From the NCBI GenBank assembly GCA_951406725.2, contig OX597840.1, forward strand, positions 5,518,001 to 5,582,000: 64,000 nucleotides of DNA, written 5' to 3'. Of this stretch, positions 17,860-31,412 are shown piece after piece (the stretch's first letter is position 1; the number at the start of each line of letters is the position of its first letter). The position numbers were made by a program, and so were the translations under genes. The notes below the pieces were generated by a model that was given only the letters and a program-made list of their open reading frames with translations, searched no databases and was not told where the DNA came from. Source of the stretch: Octopus vulgaris. Taxonomy: Eukaryota.

Positions 17860-18530
17860 GAAGACAAAAGACTGAAAATGGAAGACTAAAGACAGACGAC
17901 TTAAAGACAAAAGACTGAAGGCTACAGGTAGAAAATTAAAGACAGAAGATAGAAGATTAAAGATAGAAGATAGAAGATTAAAAGATAGGAGACTAAAGAC
18001 AGAAGATAGAAGGTTAAAGACAGAAGATAGAAGATTAAAGATAGAAGATAGAAGATTAAAGATAGAAGATAGATTAAAGATAGAAGATAGGAGACCAAAG
18101 TCAGAAGATAGAAGGTTAAAGACAGAAAAAAATAGACTAAAGAGAAAAGAAGACTAAAGGCAGAAGATTTAAAAACTAAAGATTGAAGATTAAAGGCAGA
18201 AGATTAAAGACAAAAGACTGAAGGCTACAGGTTGAAGATACAATAGAAAATTAAAGACAGAAGATAGAATATTAAAGACAGAAGATAGAAGGTTAAAGAT
18301 AGGAGACTAAAGACAGAAGATAGAAGATTAAAGATAGAAGATAGAAGATTAAAGATAGAAGATAGGAGACTAAAGACAGAAGATAGAAGGTTAAAGACAA
18401 AAACATTTAGACTAAAGAGAAAAGAAGACTAAAGGCAGAAGATTTAAAAACAAAAGATTGAAGACTAAAGGCAGAAGATTAAAGACAAATGATTGAAATC
18501 TAAAAACAGAAGACGAAAAATAGAAGATGG
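17860..18530 (+). repeat. Purine-rich satellite of aagatag/aagattaaagac motifs
   Basis: Recurrent short motifs and duplicated longer blocks. Confidence 0.85.
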
Positions 18531-18749
18531 AACTTAAACAGAAAGCAATAAAAAAATCTGATGTTAGAGGCATGGTCATTTTAATAGTATTATGGCCCCT
18601 GCCTCACCCCAAGCAAAGCAATGCATTGGGGTCTCTACATACTCAAACCCAGCTTAGATGGGTCAGAACTGAACCTTCTAGAGTTGTGGTTCTCCCCACT
18701 ACCAACTGCCCAGTGTGTCTTCAGAGAAAACTAGTCCCAGGAAGGCATA

Positions 18750-19700
18750 AGACATGATTGAAGCGATACATCAAAGATAATGGATGACAAATGACTGAGG
18801 ACACACATCAAAGATAATGAATGATATATGATTAAAGATATGTCAAATATAATGGATGACAGATGATTGAAACCATACATCAAAGATAATGGATGACAGA
18901 TGACTAAAGACAAATGTTAAACAAAGAGACATGATAGATGGTTGAAGATATACATCAAAGATAATGGATGACAAATGATTAAAGACAGGTGTCAAACGAA
19001 GAGGCATGATAGATGGTTGAAGATATACATCAAAGAAAATGGATGACAAATGACTGAGGACATACATCAAAGATAATGAATGATATATGATTAAAGACAT
19101 ATCAAATATAATAGATGACAGATGATTGAAACCATACATCAAAGATAATGGATGACAGATGACTAAAGACAAGTGTTAAACAAAGAGACATGATAGATGG
19201 TTGAAGATATACATCAAAGATAATGGATGACAAATGATTAAAGACAGGTGTCAAACGAAGAGGCATGATAGATGGTTGAAGATATACATCAAAGAAAATG
19301 GATGACAAATGACTGAGGACATACATCAAAGATAATGAATGATATATGATTAAAGACATATCAAATATAATAGATGACAGATGATTGAAACCATACATCA
19401 AAGATAATGGATGACAGATGACTAAAGACAAGTGTTAAACAAAGAGACATGATAGATGGTTGAAGATATACATCAAAGATAATGGATGACAAATGATTAA
19501 AGACAGGTGTCAAACGAAGAGGCATGATAGATGGTTGAAGATATACATCAAAGAAAATGGATGACAAATGACTGAGGACATACATCAAAGATAATGAATG
19601 ATATATGATTAAAGACATATCAAATATAATAGATGACAGATGATTGAAACCATACATCAAAGATAATGGATGACAGATGACTAAAGACAGGTTTCAGACG
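18750..19700 (+). repeat. 259-bp tandem repeat, about 3.6 copies
   Basis: Near-identical ORF translations at 18843, 19102 and 19361 are offset by exactly 259 bp. Confidence 0.93.
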
Positions 19701-19929
19701 AAGAGACATGACTGATGATTATAGATAGATGATGCCAGATGAAAACTAAAGACAGACAATTGCAGACACTCATTTTGAGAATGTATATCAGATGAAGATA
19801 CCAGACAGACGATTGATGCGAGAGAGAGATGCAAGACAGATGACTGAAGACAGATGTCGGACAAAGACTAACAAAGAGAAAAGTAAGGGGACTGACAGTA
19901 GAACATTTAAAGAATGCTAAGGATTAAAG

Positions 19930-19949
19930 ACTGAGATGATGATATTGAA

Positions 19950-19984
<35 letters not shown>

Positions 19985-20017
19985 CAATGAAGATGGTGGT
20001 GATGATGATGATGATAG

Positions 20018-20049
<32 letters not shown>

Positions 20050-20270
20050 GTGGTGGTGATGGTGGTGATGGTGATGACAACGAAGATGGTGGTAATGATG
20101 ATGATAGTGATGATGATGATGAGGATGATGATGATGATGACGATGGTGGTGATGATGGATGTTGTGGTTGTAGTAGTGTTAATAGTGGTGATGATGATGA
20201 TGGTCATGGTGGTAGTCATGATTGAAGTAGTGGTGGTGATGATGCTGCTGATGATAAAGGCAATGGCAGA

Positions 20271-20301
<31 letters not shown>

Positions 20302-20755
20302 GTGGTGGTGATGGTGGTGATGGTGATGATGATGATGACAACGAAGATGGTGGTAATGATGATGATAGTGATGATGATGATGAGGATGATGATGATGATG
20401 ACGATGGTGGTGATGATGGATGTTGTGGTTGTAGTAGTGTTAATAGTGGTGATGATGATGATGGTCACGGTGGTAGTCATGATTGAAGTAGTGGTGTTGA
20501 TGATGCTGCTGATGATAAAGGCAATGGCAGAGATGATGATGATGATGATGGCACTGATGGCCATGATGATGTCAGCAGTGGAGATGTGCTGCTGCTGAAG
20601 AGGTTGATGATGATGATGATGATGAGGATGATGAGGATGATGCTGATGTTCATAATATGATGATGATGATGTGATGACAATGAAGATGGCAATGATAGTG
20701 ATGGTAATGGTGATGATGACAACAACACTGATGATGATGATGATGATGGTGATGA
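19930..20755. repeat. (GAT/GGT)n tract with a duplicated ~240-bp block
   Basis: The segment ending ataaaggcaatggcagag occurs twice. Confidence 0.88.
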
Positions 20756-21099
20756 AAGGGAGATATTTAAAGGTCAACAATCCTGGGGGATGAGTGGGGG
20801 GGACAGGTGGGTGGGGGGGTGGAAAGCATAGAATATGTTTTTCCTTTCTTGCAAATGTTGTTTTGGTGGGGGTGAGGTGTAGGAGGAGGATGTACAAGTG
20901 TGAGGCGTGTGTACACACGTGTGTGTGTGTGTGTGTGCACGCATGTGTGTGTGTGTGTATGTGTGCATGTGAGTATCTGTGTGTGTGTGCATGTATGTCT
21001 GTGTGTGAGTGTATAAGTGAGTGCATGTGTGTGTGTGTTTACATGCTTGTCAGTATCTGCGTGTGTGTGTATGTGTTTGTGTGTATGCACACGTGTTTG

Positions 21100-21310
21100 T
21101 GCATGCATGCATGTGTGTGTATGTGTGTGTGTGTGCTATTCAGAAAGTGGTGTGTGTGTATGTATGTATATATCTTTTTGCATGTGTGTGTATGCTTGTG
21201 TGTGCATGTGCTGTGTGTTTGTGTGTACATGTATATGAATGTGTGTGTGTGTGTGTGTATGTGCGTGTGTGTGTGTCTATGTGTGTATGTGTGTGTGTGT
21301 GCTATTCAGA

Positions 21311-21350
<40 letters not shown>

Positions 21351-21479
21351 CTGTTTGCATGTGTGTGTATGCTTGTGTGTGCTGTGTGTTTGTGTGTACA
21401 TGTATATGAATGTGTGTGTGTGTATGTGCGTGTGTGTGTGTCTATGTGTGTATGTGTGTGTGTGTGCTATTCAGAAAGT

Positions 21480-21514
<35 letters not shown>

Positions 21515-21812
21515 CTGTTTGCATGTGTGTGTATGCTTGTGTGTGCTGTGTGTTTGTGTGTACATGTATATGAATGTGTGTGTGTGTGTGTATGTGCGTG
21601 TGTGTGTGTCTATGTGTGTATGTGTGTGTGTGTGCTATTCAGAAAGTGGTGTGTGTGTGTGTGTGTGTGTGTGTATCTGTTTGCATGTGTGTGTATGCTT
21701 GTGTGTGCTGTGTGTTTGTGTGTACATGTATATGAATGTGTGTTTGTGTGTGTATGTGCGTGTGTGTGTGTCTATGTGTGTATGTGTGTGTGTGTGTGCT
21801 ATTCAGAAAGTG

Positions 21813-21843
<31 letters not shown>

Positions 21844-22085
21844 TATGTGTGTGTGTGTGTGTCTATGTGTGTATGTGTGTGTGTGTGTGCTATTCAGAAA
21901 GTGGTGTGTGTATGTGCGTGTGTGTGTGTCTATGTGTGTATGTGTGTGTGTGTGTGCTATTCAGAAAGTGGTGTGTGTGTGTGTGTGTGTATCTGTTTGC
22001 ATGTGTGTGTATGCTTGTGTGTGCTGTGTGTTTGTGTGTACATGTATATGAATGTGTGTGTGTGTATGTGTGTGTGTGTGTGTGT
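21100..22085 (+). repeat. ~165-bp (TG)-rich tandem units anchored by gctattcagaaagtg
   Basis: The anchor recurs at about 21135, 21301, 21466, 21634, 21798, 21889 and 21956. Confidence 0.9.
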
Positions 22086-22193
22086 CACTCTGAAAGTGTT
22101 CTCTGTAATAATATGGTTTGTAGGGAGCATTCTAGTAAACACAGAATTTAAGGGTACCAGCAGCAGCAGCAGCAGCAGCAGTAGCAGCAGCAA

Positions 22194-22247
<54 letters not shown>

Positions 22248-22303
22248 CTGCTAACTCTTGCAAAGAGTGTGAACATTGAGAAATTCACTAAAGTGAGATG
22301 TGT

Positions 22304-22345
<42 letters not shown>

Positions 22346-22636
22346 GTGTACATATGTATGAATGTCTATATATGTGTGTGTGTGTGTGTTTGTACATATG
22401 TATGTATATATATGGATGTGTTTGTATATATATATATATATATGTATGTATGAGTATATATGTATGTGTGCATGTGTACATATGAACATGTGTATATATG
22501 TGTGTGTCTGTACATATGTGTATGTGTGTGTATGTGTAAATGTGTATAAATATGTACATATGTGTGTGCGCATGTGTGTATATATATATCTATATGTGGG
22601 TATATATACATGTGTGTGTGTGTGTCCATGTATATA

Positions 22637-22918
22637 CTCTTTTACTTGTTTCAGTCATTTGACTGTGGCCAAGCTGGAGCACCACCTTTTGTCAAGCAAA
22701 TCAACCCTAGAACTTATTCTTTGTAAGCCTAGTACTTATTCTAACAGTCTCTTTTGCCGAACTGCTACCAGTTTCCATCTATCAAATCCACTCACAAAGC
22801 TTTGGTCGGCCCGAGGCTATAGCAGAAGACACTTGCCCAAGGTGCCACACAGTAAGACTGAACCCGGAACCATGTGGTTGGTAAGCAAGCTACATACCAC
22901 ACAACCCTTCTTACGCCT
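22637..22918 (-). mobile_element. SINE family A with internal deletion
   Basis: Tail and head joined without the central microsatellite. Confidence 0.82.
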
Positions 22919-23568
22919 ATATATATAATTCTTTTTTCTCTTGGTTCAACCATTTGACTGCTGCCATTCTGGAGCACTGCATTGAAATGTTTAGTGAAAC
23001 AAATCTGACTCTTACTGTGTCAGTCTTGTTTTGCTGAATTGCTAAGTTATTGGGATGCAAAAAATGGAAGAAAGTCCAGAGGTGAAAAGACTAACACACA
23101 TACAAAACCATACACACATGTACACACACACACATGCACACACACATATACACATACATGCACAAACACATATACACATATGGACATGCACACACACACA
23201 TACATGCACACACACACACACATGCACACACACATACACACATACATGCATAAACACATATACACATATAGACATGCACACACACACACACGCATACATA
23301 CATGCACACACATACACACATGCATGCACACTTACACACCCACGTGCATGTTTGAGGTTTTGTGTTTGTTTCCCTCATTGCTTGATAACTGGTGTTGGTT
23401 AGTTTATATCCCTGTAATGGTAGCAGTTCAACAAACAGAGACCAATATAATACGTAGCAGACTTTAAGAAAATATGTAATAATTTGTTCGATTAAACTCT
23501 CTAAAGGCAGTGATCCAGCATGGCCAGTGTCCAATGACTGAAACATGACAAAGATAAAAGAAAATGGA

Positions 23569-23640
<72 letters not shown>

Positions 23641-23644
<4 letters not shown>

Positions 23645-23962
23645 TCATCATCATCATCGTTTAACGTCCGTTCTCCATGCTAGCATGGGTTGGACGGTTC
23701 GACCGGGGATCTGGGAAGCCAGGAGGCTGCACCAGGCTCCAGTCTGATCTGGTAGTGTTTTTACAGCTGGATGCCCTTCCTAACGCCAACCACTCCGTGA
23801 GTGTAGTGGGTGCTTTTTACATGCCACCGGCACAGGTGCCAGGCGAAGCTGGCAATGGCCACGATTGGATTGGTGCATTTTACGTGCCACCGGCACGGAA
23901 GCCAGTCAAGGCAGCGCTGGCATCGGCCACGATTCGGATGGTGCTTTTTACGTGCCACCGGC
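23641..23962 (-). mobile_element. RTE-type 3'UTR fragment ('family B', (GAT)n tail)
   Basis: Matches copies at 12221, 34455, 40655, 42030, 43200, 45970, 48205 and 63478. Confidence 0.85.
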
Positions 23963-24069
23963 ATGCACGTGTATGTATGAGTGTATATATGTGCATATAT
24001 ATATATATATATGTTTATATATATGCATACATACATGCACTCACACATATACATGTATGTGTCTATGGT

Positions 24070-25350
24070 AGCTTTGTTATATCTAGTGGAAATTTAGCAA
24101 CTCATAAGGAACTTCATACAAGTCATTGATCTTTTCAGAAAACACTAACTCCTTTTTAGAACTTCTAAAGTTTTTAGTATCAGATTCCATTTTAGTTTGA
24201 AAGAAGTTATGATACTTACAGCATCTAATATTGGTAACTAAGTCAAGGACGTCTGTCTCAAAAGGGACCAAGGTCTTTAACAGTAGGAGGGTATTTAACT
24301 GTCTTTGAACAATAATATTCCAAGAAACTTACCTATAAAGATAAATAGTCTTGTCACACCCCTGTAATAATAACCTGATAGTAACAGAGTTTTGAACCTC
24401 TCTTTCTCTAAAAAGATTTTCAAGAAGCCAGCCCCCTACTACAATAATGCTCTAGTCAGTGACCTAAAAATAAACCTAGCAAAATTATTTGGTTTACTCC
24501 TCCTTTTTCTCTTAATGTAAAAACTAACACAGGTAAAAGATTCCTATCTCCCCTAGACAAACATTTTCCAGAAAATCACAAGTACAAGAAAATATTTGAA
24601 AGATGATCTGTGAAATTATCCTATAGCTGTTGTCCCAATATGAAGAGTATCATTTCATGAGATCAACGCCAAGAGCCCATGCTGTCATAACTGTTGAAAC
24701 CTAGAAACCTGTCCACTTCACCAACGATGTATGATTAAATCTCTCATGTATGAGTCAGAAGTTACTACACTGCTACATAATAACACAACCGATAAGAAGA
24801 GTTATATTGGACTTTGTGAAGGAGGATTCAAGAATTGCTTCCTTTTTACGCAGGGACAAAAGCAAAGCTACTAAGTTGTCTAGTCACATATAGAGTTTGA
24901 AATCAAGTGCAACACTACATATGATAAAGTGGAAAATAGTAAAAAAATCCGCACCATATGTTAAGGGATTAAAAAAATATAAGCTATGCATAGCTGAAAA
25001 AACTCAGATCCTTTTCAGATCTAAGCACTCTTACTCGCTGCATAACACTAGATCTGAAATTTTCAGCAGTTGTAAGCATATGCCTAAGTTCCTGTTGAAG
25101 AATTGGGAAGTACCTCCCCTGCTAGATTATCTGTACCATAAACTCTAAGCCACTATATTTTCAGCCTTATAATAGACAGAATAACTCTTATTCTCCTTTT
25201 ATTTATTTTTCTGATTATTTTTTTCATTTTCCAGTTTTTCAACTTTCCACTTTTTCTATGTATTTCCTTCTTGTGTTTGTTCACATGTTGAGTTTTTTAT
25301 GCTATGTGGGCAGTGTCTGATGATTGTGCCAAGACACCAGATGTGTTTAA
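24070..25350 (+). mobile_element. Degraded Penelope-like element (GIY-YIG) with an inverted upstream segment
   Basis: + strand: [48 protein letters not shown]...LCIAEK...RSEIFSSCKH. The - strand of 24070-24340 encodes the pre-RT region (PFETDVLDLV...FQTKM). Confidence 0.85.
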
Positions 25351-25484
25351 AAAACAATGCTTAGCATGCTCTCAACTACAAGAGTTGCAGTTGATCCAAT
25401 CAACAGAACAGCCAGCTTGTGAAATTAATGTGCAAGTGGCTGGGCATTCAACAGCCACACGGACCCTTAATGTAGTTTCCAGGG

Positions 25485-25656
25485 ACATGCAGGAGTGGCT
25501 GTGTGGTAAGTAGCTTGTTTACCAACCACATGGTTCCGGGTTCAGTCCCACTGCGTGGCACCTTGGGCAAGTGTCTTCTACTATAGCCTCGGGCCGACCG
25601 AAGCCTTGTGAGTGGATTTGGTAGATGGAAACTGAAAGAAGCCCGTCATATATATG

Positions 25657-25692
<36 letters not shown>

Positions 25693-25910
25693 CGTGTGTT
25701 TTTGTATGTCTGTGTTTGTCCCCCCAACATCGCTTGACAACTGATGCTGGTGTGTTTATGTCCCCATAACTTAGCGGTTCTGCAAAAGAGACTGATAGAA
25801 TAAGTACTGGGCTTACAAAAGAATAAGTCTCGGGGTTGAGTTGCTTGATTAAAGGCGGTGCTCCAGCATGGCCGCAGTCAAATGACTGAAACAAGTGAAA
25901 GAGTAAAAGA
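25485..25910 (+). mobile_element. SINE family A, full length
   Basis: Head ggagtggctgtgtggtaag...gggttcagtccc, CORE-like ccttgggcaagt motif, internal (TA)(TG) microsatellite and gtaaaagag tail. Confidence 0.9.
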
Positions 25911-26064
25911 GCATATAGCGTATTACAGAATGTGACAAGACTGACCCTTTGAAAGAAAGGTACAACTCAAGTTTTGGGGTTATGGGAAATAAAGGGGCTT
26001 GCTCGCTCGTAACATGCTGCTGGGGATTGAACAGATGATAAACCACCAAACCACGTTCCTTTCA

Positions 26065-26107
<43 letters not shown>

Positions 26108-26314
26108 GTTGCTGCTGCTGCTGCTGCCACTACTGCTGCTGCTGCAGCTACAACATACAGGCACTACAATAGATACAAACACACATACATACCACTATCT
26201 ACACAAACACACACAAGCACACACACACACATACAAAAACACACAAACACACACACAACACACACACACACACACACACCTTGGAAACCATTGTGTTATG
26301 TTGACCATTTAAAC

Positions 26315-26780
26315 TTGTGGTTCTCAACCTTTTTTCCACTTATGGACCCTTTTGATCCCTCTTTTACCCTTTAAACATTTGATGTTGAAAAAACCCTTAT
26401 TAATTTTTCTATAATTAAACATTATTATGAATTGTATATAAAAGAAAATATTTTGTTTATCACAGAATTTTAACCAAATTATTGTACATAAATTTTAACC
26501 ACAAAATCGTATATGAACCCTTAACCCTTTAGTATTTAAACAGGCCATATCCGGCCCAAATATTCTACCTGCTTTATGTTCTAACTAGTCAGATCCAACC
26601 TGTCACACCTACCCTTCAATGCCATTCTAGAAATATACAATCTCATTATCAAAACTTTATAGCTACAAAATAAAGCATGATTAATTATAAACGATGTCAA
26701 TGAAAAATCATTACATTTGACAAAATAATCTGAATACGAAAGGGTTAAGGGTCATGTGGGGCCCCGGTTGAGAACCACTG
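26315..26780. mobile_element. hAT/Charlie-type MITE carrying a nested piggyBac-like MITE
   Basis: Ends gtggttctcaacc / ggttgagaaccactg. Confidence 0.75.
26521..26748. mobile_element. piggyBac-like MITE
   Basis: TTAA-ccctttagtatt ... aatacgaaaggg-TTAA. Confidence 0.8.
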
Positions 26781-27495
26781 ATGTTCACCTATATTATACA
26801 AAATTTCCCTGACTTTGGTTCCTGTCTGTTCCAGTGAGACTTCCAGTATAAGATCTACGAAAGCTGGTTTGGAAAGGTTCGTTAGCTCTCTATATACTTA
26901 TGCCTTTTGCACATGTGGTAAGAAGCTTGTTTACTAACCACATGGTTCTGAGTTCAGTCCCACTACGCGGCCCCTTGGTCAAGTGTCTTCTACTATAGGC
27001 CAAGCCAACCAAAGCCTTGTGAGTGGATTTGGTAGACGGAAATTGGAAGAAACTCATCACCACCACCACCATCATCATCATCATTTAATGTCTGTCTTCC
27101 ATACTGGCATGGATGGATTGGACAGTTTGATAGGAGTTGGCAAGTCCAGGTGCCACACCAGGTGCCACACCAGGTGCCACACCAGGTGCCACACCAGGTG
27201 CTACTGTCTATTTTAGAATGATTTTAATAGCTGGATGTCCTTCCTAATGCTAACGTGTGTGTGTGTGTTTGTGTTGGGCCCCATTAATCACTGTGTGGCA
27301 TCTGATGTTGGTTTGTTTACATCCGTAGTTAAGAGCTGAAATGGGTTCAATGTGATGGACTAAAATCTTCAAAGCTGTATCCCAGCATAGCTGCATTCCG
27401 ATAATGGAAACAATTAAAAAAAAATACACACACACACATATTCATTCACACACAATCTCTTACACATACATACTCTCTCACTCACACATACACAT

Positions 27496-27689
27496 AGGCG
27501 TAGGAGTGGCTGTGTGGTAAGTAGCTTGCTTACCAACCACATGGTTCTGGGTTCAATCTCACTGCATGGCACCTTGGGCAAGTGTCTTCTACTATAGTCT
27601 CGGGCCGATCAAAGCCTTGTGAGTGGATTTGGTAGACGGAAACTGAAAGAAGCCTGTCGTATATATGCATATATATGTATGTATATACA

Positions 27690-27721
<32 letters not shown>

Positions 27722-28502
27722 CATATATATATATACATATATATATATATGTGTGTATGTATGTATGTTTGTGTATATGTTTGTGTGTCTGAGTTTGTCC
27801 CCCCCTCACCATCGCTTGACAACAGATGCTGGTGTGTTTACCTCCCCGCAACTTAGCGATTCAGCAAAAGAGACCAATAGAATAAGTACTAGGCTTACAA
27901 AGAGTAAGTCCTGGGGTCGATTTGCTCAACTAAAGGCGATGCTCCAGCATGGCCGCAGTCAAGTGACTGAAACAAGTAAAAGAATATACTGGGGGGAAAA
28001 TAGCAAGGGTAAGACTTTGTGGGGTGATTTTAATGATATCGTACATGTCACGGGAGTCAGAATTTAGGGGCTAGCTGCTCTTTATTAGAGCATCATAAAA
28101 GGACTTGGTAGAATTAACTTAGATTGAACCCGTCTGAGGAAATTCAGTCCAGGTTCAGTCCGGGTTCAGTCCCACTGTGTGGCACCTTGGGCAAGTGTCT
28201 TCTACTATAGCCTCGGGCTGACCAAAGCCTTGTGAGTGGATTTGGTAGACGGAAACTGAAAGAAGCCTGTCGTATATATGTATATATATGCGTGTGTGTG
28301 TTTGTTCCCCCTAGCATTGCTTGACAACCGATGCTGGTGTGTTTATGTCCCCGTTACTTAGCGGTTCGGCAAAAGAGACTGATAGAATAAGTACTGGGCT
28401 TACAAAAGAATAAGTCCCGAGGTCGAGTTGCTCGATTAAAGGCGGTGCTCCAGCATGGCCGCAGTCAAATGACTGAAACAAGTAAAAGAGTAAAGAGTAA
28501 AG
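27496..28502 (+). mobile_element. Two tandem SINE family A copies (27496-27983, 28140-28502)
   Basis: Match to the family A consensus. Confidence 0.88.
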
Positions 28503-28644
28503 TATATCAATGAAAGAAAAATTAAGTAAAACCTTAGTTTAACAAGTAATAACATTGCACTCAGGTTTATTGCAGGGCGATATCGCCCTGCAATAGTAAG
28601 CAGCTGGATATAAATATGTAGGTACACATCCAGTAGTATATTGG

Positions 28645-29080
28645 ATATTTGGATCTTTTCCTTTTGAACGGCACTTTGTAACATAATTTCTAGGTAACTA
28701 AAAAGTTTTAAACTTCGTATACTGGTAGAATGTGTTTATAAAACATCATTTTCTCTTGGCTTTATTTAGAAAATTCTATAGGTTTTAAGATATTTCGTCT
28801 GAAGTTTCTTGCATTTCGGCAATTTTAACCAATCACTAGCATCCATTTAGGTAAATAACATTCTGTGCATAATGAATATGTCCCTCGTTTAAGAAACAGA
28901 TTGGGTTTATTTACATTTGTGACGAAAAAAGATACCCTTCCCCCCCCCCTAACCCTAACCCTAACTAACCCTAAATCTAAAATAGATTGAAATGCAATAG
29001 ATCGATACTAGGATTATAATTATGGGTGACAATTTCATACGACACCGCTACAGAAAATGGGATTTTTTTCTAGCGGTGTA
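28645..29080. mobile_element. Non-autonomous DNA-element remnant with internal (TAACCC) repeats and a terminal hairpin
   Basis: cctaaccctaaccctaactaacccta at about 28948-28974; acaccgcta...tagcggtgt hairpin at 29042-29079. Confidence 0.5.
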
Positions 29081-29124
29081 TATATATATACACACACATA
29101 TATATCTATGTATATATATATATG

Positions 29125-29156
<32 letters not shown>

Positions 29157-29359
29157 TATACATACATGATTGATTTCTCACTCCAAAATTTTTTTTGAGC
29201 TCTGTTTATTTCTTCGTGTTTCTTTCTGTTGAAGAGCGTAGGCTCAAAACGTAAAAGACATTCTCACCTTCATAAGCATCAAATTAATACACTTACTTGT
29301 TGTTTATAAACCTATCTATGTCAATTGTTTTTCTTTAAATTTCAACTATGTAAACATTT

Positions 29360-29399
<40 letters not shown>

Positions 29400-29537
29400 A
29401 ATCCATGCCAGCATGGACATTAAATGATGATGATGATGATGATGTATATATATATATATATATATGTATGTGAATATATATGTGTGTGTGTGAGTGTGTT
29501 TGTGTGTATACATATATATTCTTATATATATACACAT

Positions 29538-29589
<52 letters not shown>

Positions 29590-29943
29590 GGTGGTGGTGG
29601 ACAAATACAAACACACAGACACATACATGCACATATTTGATGGGCTTCTTTCAGTTTCCGTCTACCAAATCCACTCACAAGGTTTTGGTCAGTCTAAGGC
29701 TATAAGAGAAGACAGTTACCCAAGGTTCCATGCAGTGGGACTGAACCTGGAACCATGTCGTTGAGAAGCAAGTTTCTTACCTCACATCTACGCCTGCACC
29801 TATATGTATATATAACGGCAAATTGCTACCAACACATGATGTCTTATGGTTGTTTTTCCTGCACTATGCACTCAGTATTTTGGTACCCAGCCATGGTACC
29901 CTATATGTTGATGGACCTAGACTGAAATGTATCTTGTATCTAA

Positions 29944-31412
29944 TATCTATATATATAAAACACAACTTGTGTGTCTGTGTGTGTGTGTGTTTAACTTCCC
30001 GGCACATCTCCTCCTAGCCAACAAATCGTAAAACCACCAAAAATGGGTCACTTAAAGTTTAGGCGAATGAAAATTGAACTGCGCTATTTCTGTTCCGAAA
30101 TTCATCTCGCAAGTGCAAAAATCGATAATGTATTTGTTTAGGCCTTATCCCAGCATTGAATAGTGAACTTTACTCAGTCAGCTGTTTGACGTGAACTGTG
30201 TTCACCACGCGTGCAAGCATGCGTAAATTGCATGAAAAATAAAAAATCAAGATATAAAATGAATAGGAAGATGGTGTATGTTGTAAGGGGCCCTAAAACG
30301 CTTAGGTTAGTAAATACTAGATTTTAAAAAAATGATATTATGGGTTAAATATTAAGAGAGGAACCTATTCGGACATTTAGGAAGCAAGAGGGTTAGGGCT
30401 GGAAATGGTCCAACAGTTTGTTAATATAAATGCGAAATTAGTAAAAACAATGACACAAATTAATACCGTAGAAAAGTTATTGAAATATTTCTGGTTAAGA
30501 GGAGGTAAGAACTAGGGTAAGTGGCCATAATTAGTGACTGCTGGTTGCAGTACACCCAAGAGAAAATGAGTTAATTAGCCTAACGACTAATTTTCCAGCT
30601 GATTGATTAAACGATCTTAAAATCAGTCAGCCTAGTGGTCAATTAAATAAGTAAAAGTAGATATCCCTAATTAAATTAATGGTTACAATTTATAATTAAA
30701 ATTTAAAATTAAAATATTTGCTGATTGTTTTTACAGATGTAAGCTCTTACTATAATTTGTTCATGCAGTCATACGCAAAAAAGGAAAAAAATTCAACATA
30801 CATATAAATGTATATGCACACACTCGCACAAATACATATATGTATATACATCACGTAATTCCGTGACCGACCAGGCTGTCAGATGTTGCTACACATCGCT
30901 GGTCACAATGCGCTTCACATTGTTTTAGCCTTCAAATGACGCTACCCCACTGGCTAAGCGAGCAGGCCATGAGAAGAAAGAGTGCAAGAAAGTTGTGGTG
31001 AAAAAGTACAGCAGGGATCGCCACCACCCACTGCCAGAGCCTCGTGGAGCTTTAGGTGTTTTCACTCAATAAACACTCACAACACCCGGTCTAGGAATCG
31101 AAACCGCGATCCTATGACCGCGAGTCTGCTGCCCTAAACACTGGGCCATTGCACCTCGATGTATATACATATATACATATATATAACACCCATGTACATG
31201 GGTGTATATATCAAACCCAAAATGTTTTATCTGTCTATTTACATGATTGTCTACATGCACACATGTGTGCGCATGCACATGCATACACACAAATATACAT
31301 ATAGAAACATTTTTGGTGGTTCTACGATTTGTTGGCTAGGAGGAGATGTGCCGGGAAATTAAACACAGACACACACACAGATACACACACAGACACACAA
31401 GTTGAGTTTTAT
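29944..31412. mobile_element. Helitron-like 5' ends present as a ~100-bp inverted pair
   Basis: atctatatatataaaacacaacttgtgtgtctg...ccaccaaaaatg at 29944-30044 and its reverse complement at about 31308-31412. Confidence 0.6.
30850..31158 (-). mobile_element. tRNA(Arg)-like SINE 'family D', tail type 1
   Basis: Reverse strand reads gaggtgcaatggcccagtgtttagggcagcagactcgcgg...ggtttcgattcc, with A/B boxes and a TCG anticodon-like loop. Confidence 0.8.

Noticed and set aside
28945-28980. Telomere or chromosome-fusion relic
   Set aside because: Only about four imperfect TAACCC units inside a transposon-like remnant.
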